From the IMG/VR virus record IMGVR_UViG_3300020814_000535: a DNA stretch of 64,000 nucleotides. One strand, 5' to 3'. Below are positions 28,793 to 39,558 of the stretch, in pieces. Numbering within the stretch: the stretch's first letter is position 1; each line of letters opens with the position of its first letter. Made by a program: the position numbers and the translations under genes. Under the pieces are notes generated by a model, which was given only the letters and a program-made list of their open reading frames with translations, made no database searches and had not been told where the DNA came from. The stretch is from a virus (Duplodnaviria; Caudoviricetes).

Positions 28793-30037
28793 TTAGCTAA
28801 TGGCAGTGGAAGGATCGATATCAGCAAAAGTACCAGAAGTTTCGATAGTGGCCTGAGCAGGCAGTACAATCTGGTTCGGACGAACGAACACGTTACGCAT
28901 TACACCAATTGCCTGGCCTTCGGAGAAGATGGCGATACCATAGCGTTCGCGCATCTTAATCTTGAGCAGGTCGCGTGCAGGGTCTTCCCACTGGCCAGAG
29001 TTAACTTCCTCGTCCACGATAAGAGCGCCAAGCTCATTGCGGTCAAACATGTAGATATCCGTGATTCGACGACGAGCATCAAAGTACACGAACGGAGACA
29101 CGATGATCACAAGAGGAATATTGGCATAGCTCGGAAGCTGAGGAGCCGAAGTCAGTGTCTGCGGATACGACAAAGTCGGAGTAGCAGTCGAGCTATTCGG
29201 TACAGCAGAGCCAGTCGCGGTCTGGCCAGGGTTAATGTATTGGCCGCCCGAAACACCCATTTTGCTGTGCCACGAAGCCTTATCAGAGGGGCTCCCAGTC
29301 CACGAAGCAAAGAATACGCCTCCACCATTTTGCAGAGCAAATGCGCGGAGTACTGGGTCTTTCACGAACATAACCCATGTAAGTGGGTGAACCAAAAGGG
29401 TATTCGGGTTAAAACCCTGAGCATTGACCTGGCCCCAGGTATCAAAAATGTCATCCACAATAACCGAGCCATTCGGCTGACCGTTCAAACCTCTGCCGTG
29501 AGTTACGCCAAAGAGAGAGCGAGTGGGCTGAAGGTTATCAAAAACAGTGGTGCCCATTGCGCGAATGTAATTAAAAATCTTCTTCTCTTTATGGCGGGCA
29601 AGAGCGCGACCAGCAGCGCGAAGATGCATGCCCATTACATCGTACTGAGAGTAGCGAAGCATTTCCTCTGTAAACTTAACAGCTACGCCGCTCTTTCCGA
29701 TATTCGCGGTAACAACCCCGCCACCCATATCCAGGCTGCGCTCTGGATATTCCTGGCCTTCTCCAACTTCCGCAGCTTCAAGAGCCCCAACCGCTGGGAA
29801 ACTAATCTGCTGCCCATAGCTAAATCGGATTTCCTGCAGGAGGCTTGCACCAATCATCAGGGGTTCCATAGCCTCCATAACCGTCCGATTGATTACCTTC
29901 GGGAAAAGCAGAGGAGCTGATGTGGTGCTAATGGCATCATTAATCGACAGACGCTCATTGGAATCTGAGCCAGGGATTCGACCGTTATTATCCCAGATCC
30001 ACTTCAGCTCGGACCAATCGTTAATTTGATAACTCAT
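28793..30037 (-). CDS. major capsid protein (HK97 fold)
   Basis: 414 aa; AAEVGEGQEYPE, KSGVAVKFTEEMLRYSQYDV, KIKMRERYGIAI; strong SD; follows protease. Confidence 0.85.
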   Translation of the reverse strand: MSYQINDWSELKWIWDNNGRIPGSDSNERLSINDAISTTSAPLLFPKVINRTVMEAMEPLMIGASLLQEIRFSYGQQISFPAVGALEAAEVGEGQEYPERSLDMGGGVVTANIGKSGVAVKFTEEMLRYSQYDVMGMHLRAAGRALARHKEKKIFNYIRAMGTTVFDNLQPTRSLFGVTHGRGLNGQPNGSVIVDDIFDTWGQVNAQGFNPNTLLVHPLTWVMFVKDPVLRAFALQNGGGVFFASWTGSPSDKASWHSKMGVSGGQYINPGQTATGSAVPNSSTATPTLSYPQTLTSAPQLPSYANIPLVIIVSPFVYFDARRRITDIYMFDRNELGALIVDEEVNSGQWEDPARDLLKIKMRERYGIAIFSEGQAIGVMRNVFVRPNQIVLPAQATIETSGTFADIDPSTAIS

Positions 30038-30071
30038 ATTAAATTCCTCCTACGAGAAAAGAAGTTCTTAA

Positions 30072-31457
30072 TTAGCGACCGATTAGGTTTACAACAACGA
30101 TCTTATTAGCGCCACCAGCGTAGGTAACCAGGGTCGGAACGCCACCAGTAGCACTACCAGTTAGTTGATCAAGTTGACCAAGATTCGCGCTCGAAGAACC
30201 AGCAGTTTGGTTTGCCATCGTACCTACAGAAGCGGTTCTCAGAGCGGGATTATACGCGGTACGAACATACTCGAGATTGTCCTTCGGATAATCGATTACC
30301 TGCAGCACCTGACCAACGATAGTGGCAAAATTGTCAGAAGCAGGGTCCGCGCGCACGAAGTTCGAGTTAGAATCGCACTTCAGATACTCGCCACGAACTA
30401 GCTCGGTCGTGGTTGCAACTACACAGCCAAAAGAAGAAACCACAGTAGGAGCAGTTGCGTAATGATAATAAGTAATCGTAGTCGCGCCACTCACAGGCAG
30501 ACTCGAACCAGTAGCGCTGTACACAAACAGAACGCCCATCTCGTAATCCATCCACCAGTCACCAGCCTGAGTAATCTCAGCAAGCGAATCCCGCTCAGTT
30601 ACCAGGAGAGTTGTGCTGGACGAAGTAATCGTTGTACGAGTTGTATTCTTGGCAATCGGTCGGTTATCCAGCGAGCAAGCCACAACTGGATAGGTATCAA
30701 GGCACGGGAAGGTACCAGTCGAGCTATTGTAACGATCGGTAGCCTGAATCCAAGTACGGGTACGCCATCCGCCTGCACCAGTAAAAGGCACCGCAGAACC
30801 AGTCCAAGTAGTAGGAAGCGCCTCAGAAGTAACCTGGCCAGGGATCAACGGGAGCTTAATAACATAATCGCAAAGCAACGCAGCGCGATGTTGCATATTA
30901 TAATTTGTCTGACGATAGGCTACTGGGTTGAAACCATCGTCTAGAGTCGACCCGTCGCCAGCCCACTGAATCATCGGGTAAGGGCAAACGCCAACTGGGT
31001 ACTTTACGGTACTGTCATCAAAAGCGACACCGAAACGACCCATAAAACCTGAAGTAACTGCACCAACGCCAGCGTTAGCAGCAGTCCAGGTAGGATCCTT
31101 CTCGCCAGTAAGATTAGAGAGGGTCACTGTCTTGGCAGTCGTAACAGCAGCGCCAGTTGCAATGTCAATTACGCCAGCATCGATATCGTTCTGGGTATAA
31201 GTGACAGTTGCGCTGGTAAGGCCGTACTGAGCAGGCATAAGGCGACCATCCGGATCAAGGGCAAGAATCTTGCCAGGCATGATGGTCATCCAGTTTTCAT
31301 AATGCTTATCATAAAACTTTACTGGTAGCCAAGCAGCAGGCCAGAAATCGCCAGCAGGGCGCTCGCCTTCACTGTGTTCAATATCCGGAACAATATTGCC
31401 TACGTGGTCATACGGCTTGAAAGTAGCTGAATATTGACCTAGTGAATTAATACTCAT
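30072..31457 (-). CDS. capsid-associated structural/decoration protein
   Basis: 461 aa, Thr/Gly-rich, between protease and MCP. Confidence 0.55.
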   Translation of the reverse strand: MSINSLGQYSATFKPYDHVGNIVPDIEHSEGERPAGDFWPAAWLPVKFYDKHYENWMTIMPGKILALDPDGRLMPAQYGLTSATVTYTQNDIDAGVIDIATGAAVTTAKTVTLSNLTGEKDPTWTAANAGVGAVTSGFMGRFGVAFDDSTVKYPVGVCPYPMIQWAGDGSTLDDGFNPVAYRQTNYNMQHRAALLCDYVIKLPLIPGQVTSEALPTTWTGSAVPFTGAGGWRTRTWIQATDRYNSSTGTFPCLDTYPVVACSLDNRPIAKNTTRTTITSSSTTLLVTERDSLAEITQAGDWWMDYEMGVLFVYSATGSSLPVSGATTITYYHYATAPTVVSSFGCVVATTTELVRGEYLKCDSNSNFVRADPASDNFATIVGQVLQVIDYPKDNLEYVRTAYNPALRTASVGTMANQTAGSSSANLGQLDQLTGSATGGVPTLVTYAGGANKIVVVNLIGR

Positions 31458-33481
31458 CTATTTCCTCCTAAAAAATTAATGGTTTCGATATCTGGGGGTA
31501 AAACCCCTTGCGCCTTGAATTTTTCTACGAAAGCCTTTGCTTTATCGAACCCCTGATTTACCAAAATCTTTATCGCGCAATCTCTAATTTCCGCCAATCG
31601 CTCTGCGTCTATTACCACGGGCTTCTTTACTTCGTCCTTAACTTCTTGTCTAAAACCCAATGTCGGATCTTCTACCGTCTGTTGTGGAGCATCTTTTGTA
31701 AGCCCTGAATTTATTTTCTCAAAAATTTGCTTCGAGTCAACTTGTGTATAAAGCACATTAAGCATATTTCTCAATTCATCTTCAGTCTTTGTGATTAGCT
31801 CATCTTTATTAATAGTAGCACCAGTAAACCCATTAATAAAGATTACGAAATCAATAAAGTTTTCTTTTAGCTCTTTTGTGACCTTTGACATCTGCTCGTC
31901 AAGCGCATTTTGGGTTTCATATGCAGTCGCAAGTTCTTTTTGTAAAGAATCGAGCTGCTCTAGCTTATTCTTAATCTCTTCGCATTCAATATTACTATCA
32001 GCTACTTTGTTTTCTACGTACTCCTCCATACCCCGTTCTTTCATTGCGGCTGTTAGGCCATTTTGGAGTTGCAGAAGTTCGTCATCCTCGAATTTATCAA
32101 ACCAATCGAGGTTGAATTGGCCGATGCCAATAGTATCTTTCTTACTCTTACTAGTACAACCAAGGCGAGAACCTTTTCGCTCGATGCATGCGCGGATTCT
32201 GTTTTTGTCTCCAGGACCTTTGTACTTTCCTAATAGACGCAGCGCGGCAGAAAAATGGGCACAGTCCCCAACTGGAAAACTTTTATCTGGTCCACAAAAA
32301 GTTGAAGCAGGAAGTTTCTTGCGAGCAGCAGCAGAAAGTTTAGCGTCTACCAACTTTTGAAGATCTTCTCCCTCTAGGTCGAGGAACATTTGGCCATAAA
32401 GCAGATCTGATACTGTAGGTTCTGTTCCAATTACTTCTTCAAAAGAATCTCCGAGAGTTTCCTTGAGAGAATTAATAAGTCGTTCTTGTTCGGAAAGTTC
32501 TTTCTCTGGTTCTTGAACTACTTCTTGTTGGCTATCCGAGAGGACGAGATCTGTTTCCGCCTCGAACTCTGTTAGGGAGTCTTCCAAGTCAAAAGCTACT
32601 TCGTAGATACTGTCTTTGGCTACTGTTGTAGAAATAGAATCTTTCTTCTCTCCGTCAACAAAGAGTTCTAGTGTTTGAGAAAGATCGTCTGCTGGAGCGT
32701 TTACAAAGGAGTATTCGGAATAGATTAGGTTGCCCGCGATTAGTACACAAACTGTATCTACTTCATTAACCTTGTAGGTCTTTCCAGGCCTGTGATCACA
32801 GAAAGAATCGTCAGCCCAGTCTTTCTTACAAATCGAACAAATGGCTGCATCTGTTCTGGCGCCAATAGAACCTGTAAGATAACGCTGGTCGATAACTTTC
32901 TTGATCGAATCTGGATCGGTAATCGAGGCAGTTAGCTCAATGTAACCGACGCCAGGATACGAGGGATCTTTTGCGAATTGCTGATCTAGGAAACAGAAAC
33001 GAACGACGTCGACAACCTGAGTGGGTTCAAGCTTTCCCTCAAAGAAGGCGTCGATAAGATTGTCGCTAACTTCTAGATCAGTAATGCTGTCCTTGCGTTT
33101 GATCATGTCTGCGCGGAAGCCCTGAGAAATATCTACATATCGCGCATCACGAACTCGGCCGATTGCGTCGTCAGTCTTCTCGTGATGAAGAAGAATAGGC
33201 TTGGCAAAAGGAGCTAGCCAGGTACCCGCCCCATTCTTCATCTTGTCAGGAAGATAAAAGCCATGGTTTCCCGTCACTCTGGCAGCATGGGTAGCGGCAA
33301 TCTTTGCACCAAGAGACTTTGGAAGAACTAGATTGGTATTGTCTTCCTTGGCGCGGAATCGACGAGGAACAGGCTTTTTAAAAAGAGAAAAGAAGTCTTT
33401 CTTGCCTGCATCTTCACTATCGGTCAGCAAAGCAAGAGGTTTCGCGGTAAAGAAATCGGTAAATTGAATAAAACGTGCCAA
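31454..33481 (-). CDS. prohead protease/scaffold
   Basis: PILLHH...AIGRV, YLTGSIG, CSIC...CDH, EYSFVNAPAD; acidic coiled-coil C-terminus. Confidence 0.75.
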   Translation of the reverse strand: MARFIQFTDFFTAKPLALLTDSEDAGKKDFFSLFKKPVPRRFRAKEDNTNLVLPKSLGAKIAATHAARVTGNHGFYLPDKMKNGAGTWLAPFAKPILLHHEKTDDAIGRVRDARYVDISQGFRADMIKRKDSITDLEVSDNLIDAFFEGKLEPTQVVDVVRFCFLDQQFAKDPSYPGVGYIELTASITDPDSIKKVIDQRYLTGSIGARTDAAICSICKKDWADDSFCDHRPGKTYKVNEVDTVCVLIAGNLIYSEYSFVNAPADDLSQTLELFVDGEKKDSISTTVAKDSIYEVAFDLEDSLTEFEAETDLVLSDSQQEVVQEPEKELSEQERLINSLKETLGDSFEEVIGTEPTVSDLLYGQMFLDLEGEDLQKLVDAKLSAAARKKLPASTFCGPDKSFPVGDCAHFSAALRLLGKYKGPGDKNRIRACIERKGSRLGCTSKSKKDTIGIGQFNLDWFDKFEDDELLQLQNGLTAAMKERGMEEYVENKVADSNIECEEIKNKLEQLDSLQKELATAYETQNALDEQMSKVTKELKENFIDFVIFINGFTGATINKDELITKTEDELRNMLNVLYTQVDSKQIFEKINSGLTKDAPQQTVEDPTLGFRQEVKDEVKKPVVIDAERLAEIRDCAIKILVNQGFDKAKAFVEKFKAQGVLPPDIETINFLGGNR

Positions 33482-33482
33482 T

Positions 33483-35759
33483 TTATGCCTCCTGAATTAC
33501 TGGCCTAATATGACATTCGCATCCGTTGTGATGTGGAGAAATGTCCTGGATATCCAGATCGTCGATATTCAACTTGCGGCCTCTGTAACTTGAACACTTT
33601 GGGCAAGCAGAATCGTTCGGTACAGATTCGATTTCCTTATGCCCCTGAAACTTCATACCTAAAAGGTTACCATAGTTGTAAGCTTTCGATAACTCTACAT
33701 TGGCAATGTAATCAATACGATAACGGAGAGACTGGAAAACATTCCTGATCTCAGCTATGAAAGAGTCCAGATTATCCTTTGTTATCTCATTTTTAAGCAG
33801 ATCATAAACTCGAGATAAAATGTCTTTGCTTAATCTATCCAAGAAATGGCGGCATCGTTCAGTGACCCTATTCCTTCCTGACTGGATCATTGCGCTGGCC
33901 TGATGTGCCCTTCCGCCAGTTTGATCGTTGAAGCCTGAAACCAATTCAAGTCCTCCACGAGCAGAGAGAGTCTTGATTACATTGTCAACCCAAATATTAG
34001 AAACCATTTCGATCTGTTTGTAAGAAATCTCATTGAGATTCTTTACCGCTCTGTCAATATACTGAACAACATCAGATTCCAAATCTTTGTACTGTTCGGA
34101 GAGGAAGTCTTTCTTCTTTGCAGCCGGCTTTTTAGCCGCAACCACTTTAGGGGCTGGAGATTTGGCCGCTTTATCAATCTCCTTTTGAGTGCTTACACTC
34201 TTTTGGATTTGAGGTTGTGTAATAGCTGTTGATCTTGATTCTGCGGCAGCCTGTGCGCTAGCCAAAAATGGCTCATCTACGGCCTTGATCAGGGCCTCGG
34301 GCTCGCCAAACAACTTCCACTTTGTATTAAACCAATCTGGATATTTCTTAGGATCCTGACTCTTTCCATCTTCCGGAACTAGAATCGGTTCTCTGCCAAG
34401 AGCTGAACGAAATTCGGAATAGGTAAGACCGTTTTTATCAAACATATTTGCAGCATGCTCTTCAACCCTGACGCGATTCTCAATATCTATCTCTCGAAAA
34501 CGCAATTTGACTATGTTTTTCTCGCTAAGAACATCAAAGCCAAAAGTAGACTCGAGAAGAAGCTCAGAAACGACTTCCATTGCAAACTGTTCTTCGAGAA
34601 CGTCCTGGATATCTTTCACGCTATCAATTAGCTGTCTAGAAAGGGTATTAGCGCTGGCTCTATTGGCTGAATAGGCTTGGCCAAGATCGATTGTTGAAAT
34701 ACCAAGACCTGCAATAACCCTCTCGCGGAAGTACTCAAGATATTTTTCTGCCCGAAGGGCTCGTCCTTCAGAACCAATCATCTTAATTTCGTGCCGATGG
34801 GAAGTAACAATCCCACCCTCTGCAGGCATATACTGAATCTGCTCTTTTGCCACATCGATCTCATCTTTCCCGTCTTCTGTGTAACCAGCAGGCTGTTGAT
34901 CTGTTCCGATTCTGTACTGGAAGAGAGGAAATAGATTTTGATAGATCAGAAGCTCAATGTTCTCCTCGATATGACGAAGAGAACGAATATCGTCCATTAC
35001 AGGAACAAGGACTGGAGTTCCAAATACGAATCCTTCTTTTCTGTAGATGGAGAAATGAATAATGTCGTCTGGATTGTAATCTTTTGTCCTTCCGTCTGGC
35101 ATTTGTTGGCGCCAACCGAGAATCTTGCCCGTATTATCATTTATTTTGACCCGCATTGTCTCTGGAGGAAGAAGGAAGTAGCCTGCAACAGGCTTTAACG
35201 TCTTTCCTTCTGGGGTTGTGCGAACTTTTCCTCCCGAACACTCTGGATTTCTAGCTTTAGCAACGAAAGCGTTCGATGACTTTACAAGACTCTCTCCAAT
35301 TCGCCGAAGCAATGTGGATGTTGAGATTCTGCTGGCGCGTTCAATTTGAGCTAGACGAGTTTTCACATACTGAATCGTTAGAGGATTTGAGCCAATCCAG
35401 TCAAAACCCTCTTTATACATCAAAGCTATCTTCTTTTGGTTAGCCTGACGGACAATGCCTTCTACATCCTCAACCACGCCAATCTCTGCAAGATCGTATT
35501 CAGAAGGAACATAGCCTTCCTCAAGACCCATTGTTCTGCCAGATGTATAGCTAAATTCAGAATGAGGAACTTTCTTGATTTCGGAGATCTTCTTGGCCTT
35601 ATCTTTAAGTCCCGAAACTGTTAATTCCCCTTGCGCAGATGGAACAACAGCGTTAATTTTGACAACATCTTTCTTGGTAGTTCCCAGGACACCCGGAAAA
35701 GGCTTGAAGTCTTGAACAACTTCCTTCTTTTTTCTTTTGAGAAAATCCCAGAAAGCCAA
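33483..35759 (-). CDS. portal protein with C-terminal MuF/gp7-like domain
   Basis: LPPETM, DIIHF...GFVFGTP, IAGLGIS...ANRASA; C-terminal CPKC...PHHNGCEC. Confidence 0.8.
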   Translation of the reverse strand: MAFWDFLKRKKKEVVQDFKPFPGVLGTTKKDVVKINAVVPSAQGELTVSGLKDKAKKISEIKKVPHSEFSYTSGRTMGLEEGYVPSEYDLAEIGVVEDVEGIVRQANQKKIALMYKEGFDWIGSNPLTIQYVKTRLAQIERASRISTSTLLRRIGESLVKSSNAFVAKARNPECSGGKVRTTPEGKTLKPVAGYFLLPPETMRVKINDNTGKILGWRQQMPDGRTKDYNPDDIIHFSIYRKEGFVFGTPVLVPVMDDIRSLRHIEENIELLIYQNLFPLFQYRIGTDQQPAGYTEDGKDEIDVAKEQIQYMPAEGGIVTSHRHEIKMIGSEGRALRAEKYLEYFRERVIAGLGISTIDLGQAYSANRASANTLSRQLIDSVKDIQDVLEEQFAMEVVSELLLESTFGFDVLSEKNIVKLRFREIDIENRVRVEEHAANMFDKNGLTYSEFRSALGREPILVPEDGKSQDPKKYPDWFNTKWKLFGEPEALIKAVDEPFLASAQAAAESRSTAITQPQIQKSVSTQKEIDKAAKSPAPKVVAAKKPAAKKKDFLSEQYKDLESDVVQYIDRAVKNLNEISYKQIEMVSNIWVDNVIKTLSARGGLELVSGFNDQTGGRAHQASAMIQSGRNRVTERCRHFLDRLSKDILSRVYDLLKNEITKDNLDSFIAEIRNVFQSLRYRIDYIANVELSKAYNYGNLLGMKFQGHKEIESVPNDSACPKCSSYRGRKLNIDDLDIQDISPHHNGCECHIRPVIQEA

Positions 35760-35772
35760 TAGGGTATCCTTT

Positions 35773-37206
35773 CTACAGGCCTGTTTTGCTAAGTTCAGCT
35801 ATCCAGGATTCTATTTTACTGCTATCTTCAGGAGTTGTCTCTATCCTGCAAGGAATATTGACCTTTACAGCTGAAGAGAGACTTTTTTGGATTCCTTCAA
35901 TCTGTTGAGTGAAAGATTTATAGAAGTCGCTTGTTGAACCTGCCTGGATAAGATTGTTGATCTCTGCGCTTTGACCAATCACGCCAGCAACATCTTGTTG
36001 GTAGATGTCGTTATATTCCGGCAACGCCTCATCAATACTCAAATTCCCATTAGGATCGACAGTTACCCGGAAATTAGAGTTGTCGCCGAAGAAATTATTG
36101 AAGAAGTTGTCTAGTTCAGTGAGAGAGGGCGATCTTCCCTCGCGCGTGCATGCAAGCTGGCCCTTTGACAGAGAGGTAATAATCGCCGCGATAAAACTAA
36201 TAAGCCTAATCAGCTTTAGCTTTTTGAAAGAAACCTTCAGATAAGCGCTTGCCCCAAAATTCGCTTCACCCAAAAGCTTTTTAACTTGCTCAATATAATA
36301 ATCTAGCTTCTCTTGGATAGCCTCTTTCCCCTCGATAATTGAATTATTTAACTCAGCAATACCGTTCTTCATCTCTTCCAGAGGATTTTTAGGATCCATC
36401 TGCATATAGATCTTCTTCAACTGGAAGTTGATGTTATCAATAATGCAGTCGATCGGGGAAAGAACCATCAACGCAAATTGATCTAGCATTGCTGTAATGC
36501 CAGCCAGAATGGGAGCAAAGATAGGGGCAATCAAAGCCATCAATATATTGATTTGCAGGTCTAATTTGGGCGCCTCAAATAGAATCAAAGACATAAGGAG
36601 GGCAATTAGTCTCTGTAAATCTGGGATACACATAAAACTCAACAACTTCATCAATTCGCAATAATCACCATAAATATCAATATTTTTAAGCAAACTCGTC
36701 ATGTCGGCAAACAACTCAGCCTTAAACATGACATCTGCTTTCAGAGCGCTCAGAAGATCGGGATGCGGGAAAACCTCTATAAGAGAAAGGATTCTGTCTG
36801 TGCAGGGGATACAATCCTTAACCCAATTCATCAAATCTTTACCAAATGTGTCAGAAAGGAAGGCTCCAATTTGAGGACCAAAGCTCGTCATTGACGGGAT
36901 CTCTACATTTTGTGTTCCTGTCGATTTGAGATCACTAGTCATAGCCTCAAACTGAGATTCAGTATCTGATTTGCTTACGGGGGTCTGAATATATGAATTC
37001 AAGAATAGTTGAGCCGAGCCGCTAAAAGAACGAATACTCTCAATCTGCCTCATCATTGGAGCATACACGGCTGGCTCGCTTGCATCGTAATGACAAGCTT
37101 TCTCGAAAGTTGAAGCAATCAGATTGCAATCTTGAAAACAAGTCCCAAGATCTTCTTCTGATCCCTCTTCGCCTTTAGCTCGAACAAAAGAGTCTTCGGC
37201 CGACAT
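35773..37206 (-). CDS. hypothetical helical protein
   Basis: 477-aa ORF in the operon. Confidence 0.65.
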   Translation of the reverse strand: MSAEDSFVRAKGEEGSEEDLGTCFQDCNLIASTFEKACHYDASEPAVYAPMMRQIESIRSFSGSAQLFLNSYIQTPVSKSDTESQFEAMTSDLKSTGTQNVEIPSMTSFGPQIGAFLSDTFGKDLMNWVKDCIPCTDRILSLIEVFPHPDLLSALKADVMFKAELFADMTSLLKNIDIYGDYCELMKLLSFMCIPDLQRLIALLMSLILFEAPKLDLQINILMALIAPIFAPILAGITAMLDQFALMVLSPIDCIIDNINFQLKKIYMQMDPKNPLEEMKNGIAELNNSIIEGKEAIQEKLDYYIEQVKKLLGEANFGASAYLKVSFKKLKLIRLISFIAAIITSLSKGQLACTREGRSPSLTELDNFFNNFFGDNSNFRVTVDPNGNLSIDEALPEYNDIYQQDVAGVIGQSAEINNLIQAGSTSDFYKSFTQQIEGIQKSLSSAVKVNIPCRIETTPEDSSKIESWIAELSKTGL

Positions 37207-37209
37207 TAA

Positions 37210-39549
37210 TTAACTTCCATGAATCGATGTAGCTTTATGAATTAGTATTGCCAATAGTGTTTGGTCCTTTACGGGTGCCAAAATCTGTTTCCAAAGCTTC
37301 GTAATTGCGCCTTTTTGGAATTTCTTTAGATCTAACGGCTTCATCATCCCATTTTGTTGAATTTCGGGTCTATTCATGCCAGGCTCATTGCCATAACCGC
37401 CAAAATCTGTCCTTGTGGGATCATTTTTAGCTTCCTGGACATCTTTCTCGGAAATAACTGGCGTATTTGACTTGTTGTATCGCGCCAAACATTGTTTATA
37501 CATCTCGAAATTAATTTTTGTAGGATCTTCTACTTCTGGAAACGCTCTTTTGATAGCCTCAATAACATGAGAGTCGATTACTGGATTCAATTTTACAACA
37601 TAACCTTTTACTTTATCGTTAATTTTATTCTCAATTACATCTGCCAACTTTTCAAGAGCATTGTAGCTGTTAATTAAATCGTCAACAGTCTCTCTGAGAT
37701 CTTTAAGCTCTGTTTCATATTCTTCTGTCTCTTTTGTTGAATAAAATGCATCGTCTTCGTCAATTGGAGGAACTTCCCATTCGATAATTGGCCTTCTATT
37801 AAAGACATCGCTTTCTCGTTCGAAATCGCTCGGAGCAATACTTTTATCTACATCTGGCGCAACATTAACTACATATTCATCGAATACAGTCTGAGGGAGC
37901 CAAACACTAAATTCGTGATATAGAGACCCCTCAACCCCCGTAATATCTGGTTGTCCAATTAATTCCCAAGTATCTGGAAGCGTTCCATAAGGACTTAAGC
38001 CAGATGGCACAACAATGCAATCTTCAGAAGAAAATGCGACAGAAGCAAAGCGTACTCGCGCTGCGGGAGGAGATCCATTCCACGGAGAAAGCCAGGGTGA
38101 AGCTGTCGGGTTAACTACACTAACTAATTCCCAATCACTACCAGTCCACCTTGCAACAAATAGAGCTTGCGTTGAACCTGCAACATCACATCCTCCTACA
38201 AAATAAATTTGCCCCCTCCAAATGGACAGAGTCTGTCCCCAACTAAAAAACAGATTTACTCCGACAGGTGTATCTGGATGAAGTTCAGTCCAATCCACTC
38301 CATCCCAAGCCCATGTGTCATATAATGTAGTTGCGGTAGGACCTTGTCCGCCAAACAAAATAATTCTCTCGCTAATTGGATCATAAGACATGCCAGCCAT
38401 ACAGCGAGTCGGAGGCCTATGTACGGAAGTTAACTCCGTCCAATCTGTCCCATCCCATTCGTAGAACCTAAACACATCAGCAAACGTTCCAGACCAAGCA
38501 AGAAGTAAGATCTTGTTTGAAATCGGATTCCAGCACACTGTAGGCCATTTAAAGGAGACCGGAGAATGGGCAGGAGAAGCATTAATCCAATCTATTCCAT
38601 CCCACTTCCATGTTGGGAACGGACTCTTAGCTCCTCCAACCAATCCTCCTCCGCACGAAATAACATTTTTGCGGATAGGATCGTAACAGAGAGATACTCC
38701 TCGACGACTATCGACAGGAGGAGTATGAGCCGGGGACTTTAATGTCCAGACGCCATTTTTATATATGTGTGTATCCCAAACAGCTGTTTCTGGAGCATAA
38801 ATGCCGCCACCCATAACAACTTCATCTCGCTCTTCGTCATAAGCTAATCCATAATCAAAAATGGCCGGCAAACCATGGGCGGCTCGTTTCCTCCAAATTT
38901 TTTCATAAACGCCTCTAGGTTTATAACAAACAATCGCAGCCGACCATTTTCTAGGGGTTTGGCCAGTTAAAGTTGCGTGACGTTGACCAGTTTCTGTTTG
39001 AGTTGAATACCCACAAGAAACAGTTATGTTGGTGTCTGCCGCCCCTCCTGCCGTGCCGGACCGCAAACCTGTGTGGGCAATATCACCACCAAAAGTCCCT
39101 GCGGTGTCCCCTGAAGGTCCCTCAAGAGCAACTGCAGAAACTAAAAGTTCAATGTTTTCTGTAGTTGCACTTGTAAGTCCCGTATCAACACCAACCCCAG
39201 AAAACCCAGTATCGGCCCCACTTCTATCTGCCATCTCATATCCCGACGCCACATACACAGCTAGAGCCTTAGCTGTTGTAGAAGAAGCAAATCTGACTGT
39301 AATTGCAGAAGACCCAGCTGAACATACTTTTAAGGTATACATTCCTACATGAAAAGTGTTGTTTTGCCATCTGTCATAACCTACGCAACATCCGTTCCAC
39401 TCAACCGAAGTAGGAGTTGTATCACAAGCAAGTAACACATAAAGAGTCTGTTGACTCTCTACAGTATAGATTTCTGTAGTAGTCCAAACTGTTCCTGCTG
39501 TTTTATCGGAGGAGGTTCCGAGAGGAGTAAAGGTTATTTCTTCTGGCAA
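37210..39549 (-). CDS. kelch-type beta-propeller virion protein with shared C-terminal domain
   Basis: About six repeats of YD...(F)GG...TWxWDGxxW; C-terminal ~200 aa paralogous to 39559..40590. Confidence 0.7.
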   Translation of the reverse strand: MPEEITFTPLGTSSDKTAGTVWTTTEIYTVESQQTLYVLLACDTTPTSVEWNGCCVGYDRWQNNTFHVGMYTLKVCSAGSSAITVRFASSTTAKALAVYVASGYEMADRSGADTGFSGVGVDTGLTSATTENIELLVSAVALEGPSGDTAGTFGGDIAHTGLRSGTAGGAADTNITVSCGYSTQTETGQRHATLTGQTPRKWSAAIVCYKPRGVYEKIWRKRAAHGLPAIFDYGLAYDEERDEVVMGGGIYAPETAVWDTHIYKNGVWTLKSPAHTPPVDSRRGVSLCYDPIRKNVISCGGGLVGGAKSPFPTWKWDGIDWINASPAHSPVSFKWPTVCWNPISNKILLLAWSGTFADVFRFYEWDGTDWTELTSVHRPPTRCMAGMSYDPISERIILFGGQGPTATTLYDTWAWDGVDWTELHPDTPVGVNLFFSWGQTLSIWRGQIYFVGGCDVAGSTQALFVARWTGSDWELVSVVNPTASPWLSPWNGSPPAARVRFASVAFSSEDCIVVPSGLSPYGTLPDTWELIGQPDITGVEGSLYHEFSVWLPQTVFDEYVVNVAPDVDKSIAPSDFERESDVFNRRPIIEWEVPPIDEDDAFYSTKETEEYETELKDLRETVDDLINSYNALEKLADVIENKINDKVKGYVVKLNPVIDSHVIEAIKRAFPEVEDPTKINFEMYKQCLARYNKSNTPVISEKDVQEAKNDPTRTDFGGYGNEPGMNRPEIQQNGMMKPLDLKKFQKGAITKLWKQILAPVKDQTLLAILIHKATSIHGS

Positions 39550-39558
39550 GGCGTCACC

